Shown here piece by piece: positions 1 to 10,665 of a stretch of 51,787 nucleotides of DNA; the first letter of the stretch is position 1; the number at the start of each line of letters is the position of its first letter. The position numbers were made by a program, and so were the translations under genes. The notes under the pieces are model-generated. The model saw only the letters and a program-made list of their open reading frames with translations. It was not told the origin of the DNA and made no database searches. Origin of the DNA: Trichomonas gallinae (lineage: Eukaryota); contig MRSU01011477.1 in NCBI GenBank assembly GCA_008369845.1, positions 1-51,787 of the forward strand, given 5' to 3'.

Positions 1-373
1 GTGCTAACTGGGAGCCCATTTTTGGTACCTTTATGTGACCTTTCGTTTCAGACCTGACTTTTGAAAATCAGTTTAATTTTGACATACAAATTTAGGCAAT
101 TTGACAAAACCTTATTTCCAATCTTATTTTTTCTGTAACTATAAAAATTAGTATATATAAAAAATACATCATTATTGGCTCTAATTTTATTCATTTTCTC
201 AATATAAAATTTTGTGGAGATTTCTGTGATTTTTTGCATATTATCATCAGATTCATGATGGTGATGTTATTATGTAATTGCGAATCAATTTAAATTATCT
301 GACACCACATTTGACGACTTTTCAGAAAACCAAAAAAATGACTGTCAACATGCCATAAATCTGCTTAAAAGGC

Positions 374-772
374 ATGATCAGCATAGCACTACTATTATCT
401 TTTGCTCTATGTGCAGACAATGAACAGAATACAGTTGATAATACCCCGATTAAGCCAAGAATTCCGCCTAATCCATCAAAAGAGGAAAAAGCAACAAATA
501 AACTAATAAACATCATATCCAGAGAGCTTACAAAGGTAATGTATCCTCAAATGTACAACGAAATCAAACAATCATATAGAAATGGTGGAAATATCGATTC
601 TGCAAAGAATTCCAACAATATTCCATTCAATGACTGGTCCAATGAAGAGGCAACGAATTTCATGAAGCAATTCATCAAAAATCTTTCTCATGAACAGAAA
701 AGGAAGCTAGCTGATATTTTCAAAGGCTTAATGCCTCGTAAACAGAATCTTAGAAAGTTTCTTACTGTCTAA
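374..772 (+). CDS. Hypothetical secreted protein, 132 aa
   Basis: ATG ORF with short hydrophobic signal-like N-terminus (MISIALLLSFALC); stop lies within TAAA; no recognisable domain. Confidence 0.7.
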   Translation: MISIALLLSFALCADNEQNTVDNTPIKPRIPPNPSKEEKATNKLINIISRELTKVMYPQMYNEIKQSYRNGGNIDSAKNSNNIPFNDWSNEEATNFMKQFIKNLSHEQKRKLADIFKGLMPRKQNLRKFLTV

Positions 773-1090
773 ACTCCGAAGAAATAGATTTTAGAGATAG
801 TTATTATTCTATGTTATACCTTAGTTGTTTTATTATAAAAACTCCGAAAACTAATTATTCTTATTTTTGATCATCCAAACAACTGGTTAACTTGGGATAG
901 AAGTTATAAAAGATCATTAACTTAAACGACAATCGAACATCATATCAGACTGAACAATTTTTTAAAAAATATACTAATATTTATGTTTTTCTTTGAGACA
1001 AATCATTTTGCGCTCTTAACTATGATAGAACTCAGCATTATTGGTATTGAATGTATCAACTCTTCAGAAAACAAAGAATATCAAAATATT

Positions 1091-2011
1091 TTAAGTTTCA
1101 AAATCAAGAGGTCTGTTAATGTCATCAATATCAGGAGCACCTTCATCACTCGGGCTGTAGTTTGGCTTTGAAAAAACATTCATCATCCAAAGAATAATTA
1201 GTTTGGTAGAATATCCACCAATGATGTAAAAAGGTGGTAACAAGTATGTTCCTATTGTGCCAGTTGAAGGGCGGAAAAGGACACTCGATGCAATATGTGT
1301 GGCTATTTTCGATATGATGTGTGCAAGGCAAAATGCAAATATAAGGATCTTCATCTTCTTCCTAATATCAGGATGAAAATAATTTTGGATTTTTGACAAA
1401 ATGAAACAAATTGAGAGGACAACGATACTGAACGACATCATAACTTCTTCAAAAGCGTAAGCAATTGTTTTCCATAAAGGCAGGAATTTGGAATCGATTG
1501 GAGCAGTGAAAGGGATATAGATATCGAAATAGAAGATAACACAGCATAGAATAATAATATAGAAAAATACTTGAGCACTGTAATATAATATTTTGACAAA
1601 AATATTTGGCAAAACTAATGTCACTTTTGCTATTGAACCAAAGAAGCAAACATAAGATGAAATGAAAAACATCTTATAGAACAATATATGCTTAAACAAG
1701 ACACCTAGATTATCGAACATTAGATTGAACATGAATAAGAAATTGAAAACTGCGAAGAAAATTGCCTGTGCTGAGAAAATTATGCAATAACATACTATCG
1801 TTTTATTGATAATGCCTGAAAATAATGATGACTTTCTAATTGTACTTGAAATCATATAGAAAAACGGAATTAGAAGCAGAATTGATAATACAAATGAAAT
1901 AATAAGAGTTATATTGTCGCATTTCCCTTCTGTAAAGTTTATTTTGCAATTTTTAAATTCAGTTTCCGCGCTAACAATATTTAAAAGTGAAGACGTAAAT
2001 GGGTTATTCAT
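1091..2011 (-). CDS. Seven-pass membrane protein (GPCR-like topology), 306 aa
   Basis: Seven ~20-aa hydrophobic segments counted by eye and a short acidic C-terminal tail; AAAGTGAC 16 nt upstream of the ATG. Confidence 0.75.
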   Translation of the reverse strand: MNNPFTSSLLNIVSAETEFKNCKINFTEGKCDNITLIISFVLSILLLIPFFYMISSTIRKSSLFSGIINKTIVCYCIIFSAQAIFFAVFNFLFMFNLMFDNLGVLFKHILFYKMFFISSYVCFFGSIAKVTLVLPNIFVKILYYSAQVFFYIIILCCVIFYFDIYIPFTAPIDSKFLPLWKTIAYAFEEVMMSFSIVVLSICFILSKIQNYFHPDIRKKMKILIFAFCLAHIISKIATHIASSVLFRPSTGTIGTYLLPPFYIIGGYSTKLIILWMMNVFSKPNYSPSDEGAPDIDDINRPLDFET

Positions 2012-2026
2012 GAATTATGTAAAAAT

Positions 2027-2034
2027 GTCACTTT
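2027..2034 (-). promoter_or_regulatory. AAAGTGAC (M2-like Trichomonas promoter motif)
   Basis: GTCACTTT on + strand = AAAGTGAC on the coding strand just upstream of the 7TM start; recalled as a described T. vaginalis core-promoter motif. Another copy at 41080-41087. Confidence 0.5.
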
Positions 2035-2151
2035 TATTTTTGATGCTCATAGTCCCAATTGGTTTGTGAGTAAAATGCATTTATAAATTATTAGGTGATA
2101 GAGCGCGATGTTTTAATTGTGGATTTGCAACGTTTTTATAACTATTAAAAT

Positions 2152-2228
2152 TAACCTTATTTGACATTTTTGTTATGTAAAAATAACCTTATTTGACAAA
2201 TTTGTCGTGTAATTTTAACCTTATTTGA
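2152..2228. repeat. 32-bp period tandem repeat with TAACCTTATTTGA core (2.5 copies)
   Basis: TAACCTTATTTGA starts at 2152, 2184 and 2216. Confidence 0.85.
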
Positions 2229-2544
2229 GGAGAGATGATCTGATTTTGGAGCTTTATTTTGTAATGATTCTCTGTAAATAAATTAGTAGATACCATATAA
2301 CTATTATAGATATGTAGGGTATATACTATAGTACATATGCTATAGTGTTTGATTCTGTGTTGTTAGCTAGTTATCCTGATACGTGTCAAATAATGTATCC
2401 GAGAATAATAAAACATACATGTTCATACATATCTTCTTATGAGCTATATATAGGATTTCTGTTAGTATATTATTGTATCAATAATGCTTGTGGCTTATGA
2501 AACGTTGAAGAAAAACTTGAATTTGAAATAATGTGTTCAATTTG

Positions 2545-3579
2545 TTATATTGCGGCGAGTATAGTATCGAAATCGTTAAGCAATAATGTGGAATTGTGAA
2601 ATTTGATCTTTTCGATGTTTCTTCTTTCTTCTGCAAATTTTCCGCGAATAACATCGAGTGGTTTATCGAATTGCTCTTTATGAACCATATCGAGGATTTC
2701 ATTGACAAATGACTTGAATTCTGGGTGCTTTTTCATGTATTGTTCTGCTTCTTCGAGAGAAATATCTCTTGGAAGTGTGAAAATGAAAGATCCAAAAGGA
2801 ATGAACTGCTTTCGGTTCTCACTCCTTGATGACTTATCTCCAAACGAATAAGACTGTCTGTTTGGCAAGTTTGAATTCAATGGATTATATGCACCGGGAC
2901 CTGGCATTTTGTCTTTGTCAATGAGCCACTCATCTCTCACATTGTAGTTTGGAATTGAGTATGATGGAGAATTCTCTAATTTAATCGTTAATGGATTATA
3001 TTGGCCAGGACCTGGTATATTTTGCGGCGCCATCTCATGACGGGATGATATTTTATGGCTGTATTGAGCCAATGTAGATGGAGGCATGAATGATGGAGCA
3101 GGAGTTTGTTCAGTATCCAAAAATGACTTTCCTGTTCTATTTCCCATTTTGATTCCTTTAATTTGGGGGAAAACTCTCACATCCTGAATGCTTACATTAA
3201 CTGTGTCGCAGTGGATGTAAGTTCTTGGATCAGCTCTTGTGATTGAATAACCAACACTTCGAGAAGAACTCATGTTGTATTGTCCTGGTCCTGGAAATTC
3301 ATTATGTACGTACTTTGGTTTGTAAACGGCTTGTCCGATTGAAATCTTTGGTCCATCTTTTCCAAATTTGCTTATTGGACAGAACATTAGATCTGCTTTT
3401 GTAATACACTTGTTTTGTGACGATTTGGTTCGTAATGGAGGCAATTTAAAAACTTCCGATGATTTTGATCTTTCTTCTAATGATATATTATTGTTGACCA
3501 GGTCATCTATGCATATCGCTGAGTCTGCTGACAGAGTCTGTGCTGCAACTGGTGAGTTTATCCTTTCACTTTGGTTCAT
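2545..3579 (-). CDS. SHIPPO/ODF3-type PG-rich repeat protein (probably flagellar) with C-terminal RIIa/Dpy-30-like docking segment
   Basis: Repeats FPGPGQYN, IPGPGQYNP, MPGPGAYNP, TPAPSF, each followed by a Y/FS[IF]-like motif; C-terminal YMKKHPEFKSFVNEILDMVHKEQFDKPLDVIRGKF. Confidence 0.8.
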   Translation of the reverse strand: MNQSERINSPVAAQTLSADSAICIDDLVNNNISLEERSKSSEVFKLPPLRTKSSQNKCITKADLMFCPISKFGKDGPKISIGQAVYKPKYVHNEFPGPGQYNMSSSRSVGYSITRADPRTYIHCDTVNVSIQDVRVFPQIKGIKMGNRTGKSFLDTEQTPAPSFMPPSTLAQYSHKISSRHEMAPQNIPGPGQYNPLTIKLENSPSYSIPNYNVRDEWLIDKDKMPGPGAYNPLNSNLPNRQSYSFGDKSSRSENRKQFIPFGSFIFTLPRDISLEEAEQYMKKHPEFKSFVNEILDMVHKEQFDKPLDVIRGKFAEERRNIEKIKFHNSTLLLNDFDTILAAI

Positions 3580-4093
3580 TTTTGAATTTTGAATGATCCG
3601 ATTGAAAATTAATTGAGAGATTGAAAAAAAAAATTGGCAGTAAATTCAATGAGTTAGAAATTGAATGCATTTATTTATAATAGATTAGTATGTATTTTAA
3701 CAAAGTTTTATAATTTCATTGTTTTTGACATGTAAAATATTGTAATGTCAAATATTATTTTAATCAAAAATTTAATCAAATATTTTTATTATTTTTTGAT
3801 CGATCAATTATATTGAGAAATTATGACTAATTCGAATGCAAACTACACAACACATCCTTTTGCAGTATTATTGAGAAGTGTTTCTACTCGTTTTTTGGCC
3901 TTGTCATATGTTATTTCAAAGTGATAAAGTATCATTCTCGAAATAGCAAGATTGAGATGGTTGAAAGCAAAACAAAAATAAAAAAAGATAGATATATGTG
4001 TTTATAACTACTCTATAGAAGGTAAATTATCCAATAATGTCATTGAATGAATTTGTCTTATAATAATATGGGTTGACTTTTCGTCAGAATATA

Positions 4094-5203
4094 TTAAAAT
4101 GCGCCATGATCTTTCAGCACTTTAACGATCTCATAGTGGCCGTTCAATGCTGCAAGAATCAAAGCGGAACTGTCGATTTTGTTTTGAGCGTTGATATCTA
4201 TTTCAGGAGCTGTAACAAGGAGTTCGACAACCTCATTACGGCCATAATAGGATGCCCACATCAAAGCGGTACTTTCGTTATTGTTTCTCGCGTTGACATC
4301 AATTCCTGGAGCGCCGAGAAGGAGTTTGACGACTTCGTGATAGCCTTTTCTTGAGGCGATCATCAAAGCAGTTTCGTTGTAATTGTCTCTTGCGTTGACG
4401 TCTATTCCCGGAGCATTGAGAAGGAGATTGACAGCTTCAAGATTGTGGCATGATGTAGCAGTTAACAAGGCCGTAAAGTTGTGTTTGTCTCTTAAGTTGA
4501 CGTCAACGCCAGCTTCGACCAAGTAATATATCAAGTAGAGGTTGTTATCTGATGCTGCTCTAGTCATCATGTTTCTGTATTTTTCTGTCACGTAAACATA
4601 GTTTTGACTGACGGCAAATGACATGGCAGCTTGGTCCTTTTCTGCTGCAATTCTGTTGAGAACCTCGTAAATTCGCTGGAAATTCTCTTCTGATTGCGGA
4701 ATCTGCTTCAACCATTCGATGTTTTTGTTGATTTCTTGCGGTGGCTCTGGTGTAGGTTCTGGAGCAGGTTCCTGTGCAGGCTCTGGCTGCTGTTGTGGCT
4801 GCGGTTGAGGATTTTGTTCCGCGGCCATGTTTCGATAGATTTGATTGATTTCTTCTTTCAGTTTGTAATTATAGTAAAATACAGAGTCGATGATGCCTGC
4901 GATAGTTTCAAAGATGTCGAAATGAAGGCATTGACCGATTGCTCTGATATAAGTAACAAATTTTTTGGAATCGAATACCTGAGGTTCACCAAAGTCTGTA
5001 TAAATGTGGTGAATCGCTTTAAACCTATCAACAACGTCGTATTTATTCTTAATTCTATCGAATATGTAGAGCGAATCATCGACATTTAGAATGACATTCT
5101 TTAAACACTCAGATAACTTGTCCAATTCGATGGCATCGACGAGTGTGTCGTTTCGGATCAATGATGGTATGGTTTGTGCAATGGCAGTAATATCATTCTC
5201 CAT
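4094..5203 (-). CDS. Ankyrin repeat protein, 369 aa
   Basis: About five C-terminal ankyrin repeats (e.g. TALMIASRKGYHEVVKLLLGAPGIDVNA) after a Pro/Gln/Glu linker. Confidence 0.92.
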   Translation of the reverse strand: MENDITAIAQTIPSLIRNDTLVDAIELDKLSECLKNVILNVDDSLYIFDRIKNKYDVVDRFKAIHHIYTDFGEPQVFDSKKFVTYIRAIGQCLHFDIFETIAGIIDSVFYYNYKLKEEINQIYRNMAAEQNPQPQPQQQPEPAQEPAPEPTPEPPQEINKNIEWLKQIPQSEENFQRIYEVLNRIAAEKDQAAMSFAVSQNYVYVTEKYRNMMTRAASDNNLYLIYYLVEAGVDVNLRDKHNFTALLTATSCHNLEAVNLLLNAPGIDVNARDNYNETALMIASRKGYHEVVKLLLGAPGIDVNARNNNESTALMWASYYGRNEVVELLVTAPEIDINAQNKIDSSALILAALNGHYEIVKVLKDHGAF

Positions 5204-5547
5204 TCGGCCAACCTGTTATATAAGAAAAACTGACAAAATGATGGAAATATTGAATGGTTTATCCAACATTTTTCAATTGATTTCTCAAAAAGTGGGATCT
5301 AAATATATCTATTTATTAATGTATTATTTATATATTTTTGAAATAAAATTTTTATATTTTATGATGAATTGTCCTCATTTGTAAAGTTTTAATTGTCAAA
5401 TTATAAGTCGGGTTCTTTCAAATTTTAGGGGCTTGTTTTCCATGATGAAAAATGAAAATTTTGATAAATAATAATATAATCAGTTTTTACATTTCTAATC
5501 ATTTTCTGACATGTAAACATAATGATTTTTGACAATCTAAGTTTTGT

Positions 5548-8500
5548 CTAATCTTCAATATCTAATGTTTGCCATTCATTCCTTGAGCTTCTTTGGTTAG
5601 TTGAAAATGCTACAAGTTGTTCTGTCTTCTTCCTCTGTTTCTCAGCTGAGATGCATGCCTCCATCATTGTGAGCATTGCCTTTCTGCTGCTCTCAGAGAA
5701 TTGAGCAAAAGTCTTCTGCTGTGGCGCGCTGTCGATGCATGATTTAGCAATCCTAGCAACAATGCCAAACAATTTGCGGTCGAGTTGCGAATCACTTTTT
5801 AGTCTATTTGTGAGTGCGAAGCACAGCTTCAATGTCGGTGCTGCGAAACTCTCAATCATCTTTAACGACTTAAGTGTGTCTATGACTAAATGCAAGAAAA
5901 GAAGATATGCGCGCGCGTTGTTGATATCCTTCTGAATGAGAAGGAAAACAGCTTTTAGTGCGCCTCTATGCAAAAGAGAGACGCCAACATCTGGGTTGTG
6001 TATCAATGTTCTCGCAATCAACTGCATGCCTCCACGTTTGAAAGAGCCAATGCAGAACCTAGCGAGTGGCTCAAGTGGCACATCTGTAGCCTTGAGGAGC
6101 GCTCTGCCGAGAACAGCGAGCTTGAAGTCCCTCTGATCATCGCTGAGTCCGAGGACGAGCTCTATAGCAATTCCGCAGATTTCTGGATGATGGGACATCA
6201 AAAGAGACAACAAAGCACCTGCGACATCAGCAGTGATCTTTGATTCAGCGAAATTGCTGATAACTGACTGCAAAATTGCATATGAGTACTTAGCGAGTGA
6301 TGATCTTGCATCTGAGTGAATCAAATGTGCAAGAACTGTTGGTGAAAAGTGATTGGATAAAGTTAATGATAAAACAGTAATTCTAAGTTCATCGTAATCC
6401 GATGATTCTCCAATCAATGATGCGCAACTGTCAATAAGATCAGCAACTTGTGCTTTTGAAGCTCCATTGTAATTAGCAGCGCACTCCAAAGCGAGTTTAA
6501 CTAATCTAGCATCGAGTTTGCTGCCTACTGTTCTCAAAGCAACTGACAAAGCATCGAATGCAGCAATAGAAAGCCATGACTCTGGAGCGTGCTGAAGCTC
6601 AATGGCCAGGAAAGCAACAATAGCATCACTTGAAATAACCTGCTTTTCGGATGTAGCTTGAAGCCAGATGAAAGCTGAGAGAAGCTCTCTATAGAAAGAC
6701 TGAGCCAATGAGCGGAAAGCTGTTAAAGATCTCCAGTCGCTTCTGTCTTTGTACAAATTCATTGCTCTCAAAACAATGTCTACGAAAATTGGAGCCAATG
6801 TCCTCAAGAAATCTCCGATTAAATCTGAAATAGCTGTATAATTACGTGCTACTGTGCAAAGATGTGTCGCAAGCTGGAAATAGCTTGAGTTTCTCTGCTT
6901 GCATGAAGATAAACCGTTGACGTAAACAACTAAAACATTTGCGCAGTTATCTGGATCCGTTGCAACGTTTGCTGTCGCGAAAGACAAATACGTGCTCAAG
7001 AATCCACCAGAGACATCAAGTGGCAACTGGAAGCCGACTTTAACAGTCTGTGAGAACTGAGAGTCATACAAATCAAGCAATTGACCGCCCTCATCAGCAT
7101 ATCTGTCTCTGAACAATTCAATGATGTTCTGTAGGATCGGGAATGCTGCCTCTTGAAGTGAAACTCTGTCGGTGTCGACCGCCCTGCAAACTGATGATAT
7201 TAAGTCATCGAGATATTCTGTCTTGAGGACAGGCATTGCAGCAAGCAGCGGTGGAATAAACCTGGCAACTTTCATCAGGCATAATTTGACTTCTGGCGCT
7301 GGTTCAATTGTGCTTGTTGAGTTTTGCAAAAGAGAGCCGGTGATGAGAATCCTTCTGACGTTGTTGATCCAGAACTGTATATCATCCAATGTCATCGAAG
7401 AAGCAATAGCGACAATGAAATTCAAAGCTCTGACATCTTTCGTTTTCTGCAGTAAAACAAGAAGAATAGGCATCATAAGCGGCGTGTCGAATTTGCACTT
7501 TTCGAATTTGAGCAAATCAGTGAAAGCTGAGCAGCAGGCTAAAGCTGCCTGATTTGTCGTCTTTGATGACATAGGGAATGAAATCGGAGCAAGGTAGCTG
7601 AGAGTGTGAGCGAATGTATATACTGCTCTTGCGCACTCAAAATAGATCTCGCTAGAATATTCGATTGGCGTGAATTCGAATGTTCTTAATATGATAGATA
7701 TTGGTTGCGCAAGGCCACTTTCAGTACTAGTAATATCAGAAGAAACTGTTTCAACTAAAACCTTGAAGCACTCCTGGAAAATATATAAAGCGAGTGGTAG
7801 ATGAGAAATTTGTGAATGCAGTGCGCCGAGTAAAATATTGAATTGATTTGCAGTAATGCCAAGTGAAGCAACTTGCATCGCATGTGTCAGAATGATTGTT
7901 GTCAATGCGTGAACTGCGAACATCATTTGATCTAGTTCTTTCATCCTGCAATCCAAGTAAACGATCGCTCGGCTGATGAACTGGGACGGAACACTCATGT
8001 GCGCGAAAAGTGAATCAACTAACATTGTTGACGCGAGTGTTGGATTTGCGTTAATGTGTGTGAATATCTTTGGTAGTATATCTGGATGTATTGAGACGAA
8101 AATGGATAAAACTTCACAGCAGAGCTGCATAATTTTCTGATTGCCTGATCCTTTCAAAAGCGATAATATAAATGATGGGAAGTTTGTTGGAAGTGTCGAA
8201 TGTAATTTTTGCTCTTTTACGATTGATGACAATAATAACATTGATGTCTGTGTTTGCGGCGTCTGCTCTAATATTTCTCTGACGACAACTCTTATGTCTT
8301 CGAATGGACAAGCGAATAAAACTTTGGCCAAAGTGTCGACTGATTTTTGTATAAATTCGTCGTCCTTCTTCTGTTGGTATGAAAGTTCTTCTTTTTGATG
8401 CAAGATGTATTTACCGACTGGCAACGGCCTAGCAAGGTTATGCATAACAACATCAATAGATGGTGATAACAATAAACAAAATCTGACAATCATTAAAGCT

Positions 8501-10179
8501 GTTGATAATGCTAATGGTTGTTCCTGCAAAACTTTTGGAACTAATACCATGAATGACATCAAAACGTGTCTTGGTAATTGAATATTATTGGCCATTAATG
8601 CTGCGACTAATAAATGCCTTGATGACTCTGCCTCATCGTTCATTTCAACGAGGCAAAACAGGGCTGTCAATAATTTCCTGAATGTTGGTAATGATTGGTA
8701 AGCGTTCTCTGATAAAACTGCTTCCTTAGCTTTTGCGATTGCGTTTTTAGCGAGCTCTGTCTGTGAGTAGTCTTCAGGAAGATATCCTAATAGATGTAGT
8801 GAAGAAGCGAATGAGAATGATGATGGATTTATATCCGAAAATGCGACTTTCAATAAGTTCTCGATTTGACTTCTGCAGTTTTCTGCTGCTGTCTTCTTTT
8901 GATCTATTGATTTGAGGATTGTCAATGCACAAGAAATAGAATGCATAGCAACATCTTGTGAGTTGAAAGAGTTTTTAGCCGTAGTAATTGCAACACCTAG
9001 AATTGGGAGAACAGCCTGTGGATGTGTTTTTGCGAGTTCTGAGAAAAATTGTTTCGCTGCTCTTCTTAGTTCTCTAGATTCTGATAATGCTGCCTTGAAA
9101 GCGATATTTGCTGACTCTCCAATAGATCCATCATCTGGGCAGAGCATAAGCATTAAGTTAACTTGCTGAACAGATAATTGCTCATGAGTAAGATTTCGGA
9201 AGTGCAAATAGCGAATATCTGATGGTAACATTGATATTAACTTGGAGATCGAATCGAATGAACTTTGTCTGATGAATTTCATTAATGATGTGTGATTTAA
9301 GAAAATAATTTCGGGTCCGAGTAATTGTAAGAAGCTGGAAACAGAAAGATCGATGATAGCTGGCATAGATGAAATGATTTCGAATGATTTCGTAAAGTCT
9401 AAGCCTTCAGCTTCGTGTTTCATTTTTCCTACATCCCATTCAGAAACGGATTTTGTTGTATCAACATTATAAAATGGTGAAAATGCGCACGCAGCAACCA
9501 GTTTTGCAACATCAGACCTCACGAATGGCGAGTTTGTGCAATCACATGATCTGATTGTATCCAAAACTTGATTGATTGTAACGCTAGAAATGTCACCACG
9601 ACTGATTATTTCGACGATTAAAAGTAATAACGAGATTGATTCTTGAATTGTGAAATGATTTGATGATAAAACAGCTTTTAGAAGAACTTTTCGGCAATAA
9701 TCGAAAATTCTGGGGATAAATTGATATGTAGAGTTTCCGCCAGCATCTATGGAAGCTCCTAATGCATATAAACACGCGTATTCTAGCTTAGTTTGTTTCA
9801 AACAATGTTCAATAAAACGTGGAAGTTGTGATTTGAATTTATTTCCGATATATTTAATAATGTAACCTGTCGCAAATAACGTTGCCGTTGTTGGATTATC
9901 GACTGCTATATTAATAATATTCCAATATTCTGCTCTTTTCATTAAATCGTAGATTTTCACGAGTGTTGATGCGATATGTATTGCACACTGGACACTAAAT
10001 TGTCCAGAATTTATGGAAAACAGCGATAATAGAATTTTTTCCAATTCCGGATATAATTCAGTGTCGGCATTCTTGGCCAAAAATGCATTCAGCTGATCTA
10101 TATCCGTCATAATAACTTGCTCAGCTGGTACAAGATGTTTTGCTTGCGCTAATACTCTCAGATGAGCAAGAAGTTCCAT
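5548..10179 (-). CDS. HEATR5: HEAT repeat protein, HEATR5/Laa1 family (AP-1 accessory factor), 1543 aa
   Basis: Long helical-repeat ORF; EYLDDLISSVCRAVDTDRVSLQEAAFPILQNIIELFRDRYADEGGQLLDLYDSQFSQTVKVGF matches the remembered HEATR5 block (LSDLIRMAFMAATD...LEDIIKKFA...ILEQYQANVGAALRPAF). Confidence 0.78.
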   Translation of the reverse strand: MELLAHLRVLAQAKHLVPAEQVIMTDIDQLNAFLAKNADTELYPELEKILLSLFSINSGQFSVQCAIHIASTLVKIYDLMKRAEYWNIINIAVDNPTTATLFATGYIIKYIGNKFKSQLPRFIEHCLKQTKLEYACLYALGASIDAGGNSTYQFIPRIFDYCRKVLLKAVLSSNHFTIQESISLLLLIVEIISRGDISSVTINQVLDTIRSCDCTNSPFVRSDVAKLVAACAFSPFYNVDTTKSVSEWDVGKMKHEAEGLDFTKSFEIISSMPAIIDLSVSSFLQLLGPEIIFLNHTSLMKFIRQSSFDSISKLISMLPSDIRYLHFRNLTHEQLSVQQVNLMLMLCPDDGSIGESANIAFKAALSESRELRRAAKQFFSELAKTHPQAVLPILGVAITTAKNSFNSQDVAMHSISCALTILKSIDQKKTAAENCRSQIENLLKVAFSDINPSSFSFASSLHLLGYLPEDYSQTELAKNAIAKAKEAVLSENAYQSLPTFRKLLTALFCLVEMNDEAESSRHLLVAALMANNIQLPRHVLMSFMVLVPKVLQEQPLALSTALMIVRFCLLLSPSIDVVMHNLARPLPVGKYILHQKEELSYQQKKDDEFIQKSVDTLAKVLFACPFEDIRVVVREILEQTPQTQTSMLLLSSIVKEQKLHSTLPTNFPSFILSLLKGSGNQKIMQLCCEVLSIFVSIHPDILPKIFTHINANPTLASTMLVDSLFAHMSVPSQFISRAIVYLDCRMKELDQMMFAVHALTTIILTHAMQVASLGITANQFNILLGALHSQISHLPLALYIFQECFKVLVETVSSDITSTESGLAQPISIILRTFEFTPIEYSSEIYFECARAVYTFAHTLSYLAPISFPMSSKTTNQAALACCSAFTDLLKFEKCKFDTPLMMPILLVLLQKTKDVRALNFIVAIASSMTLDDIQFWINNVRRILITGSLLQNSTSTIEPAPEVKLCLMKVARFIPPLLAAMPVLKTEYLDDLISSVCRAVDTDRVSLQEAAFPILQNIIELFRDRYADEGGQLLDLYDSQFSQTVKVGFQLPLDVSGGFLSTYLSFATANVATDPDNCANVLVVYVNGLSSCKQRNSSYFQLATHLCTVARNYTAISDLIGDFLRTLAPIFVDIVLRAMNLYKDRSDWRSLTAFRSLAQSFYRELLSAFIWLQATSEKQVISSDAIVAFLAIELQHAPESWLSIAAFDALSVALRTVGSKLDARLVKLALECAANYNGASKAQVADLIDSCASLIGESSDYDELRITVLSLTLSNHFSPTVLAHLIHSDARSSLAKYSYAILQSVISNFAESKITADVAGALLSLLMSHHPEICGIAIELVLGLSDDQRDFKLAVLGRALLKATDVPLEPLARFCIGSFKRGGMQLIARTLIHNPDVGVSLLHRGALKAVFLLIQKDINNARAYLLFLHLVIDTLKSLKMIESFAAPTLKLCFALTNRLKSDSQLDRKLFGIVARIAKSCIDSAPQQKTFAQFSESSRKAMLTMMEACISAEKQRKKTEQLVAFSTNQRSSRNEWQTLDIED

Positions 10180-10652
10180 ACTAAAAAATTATTTGACAAA
10201 TAATGAAAATTACAAAAAAAAATGTCATTTTACACGGCAAATTTATGAAAAATTTGATAAGTAAAGTTAAATTAAAAGATATTATTTAGTTATTGTTGAG
10301 AATTCTAATTATGAAAGCTGCTGACTCCATTATAGTCCTAGGAACTTTCTAGTGTAGATTAAAAGATCATGAAATTTCATCCTGTAACAATAATATCGCT
10401 TTCTATGAAAATGTTTATTTTTTTGTCAATTTATTTGTCATTTGGCTAATGTAAAATAATTTTGATAAGTTTACAATGTAAAGCTATGTTCGTCATTTGA
10501 CGATTTGACACTGTGACAAAAACCGAAGATTTACATTGTAAATTTTTCAAAAAATTGAATTAATTTTGACGTTTTGACTTTTGTAAAATATAATTTGCCG
10601 TTTTGAATTATTTTTGAATTTGGTAAATAATATTTTGTCACGTAAAGTGAAC

Positions 10653-10658
10653 TCATTT
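10653..10658 (+). promoter_or_regulatory. Initiator-like element TCATTT
   Basis: Fits the Trichomonas Inr consensus TCAY[TA]; ends 8 nt before ATG 10666. Confidence 0.55.
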
Positions 10659-10665
10659 GCAAATA

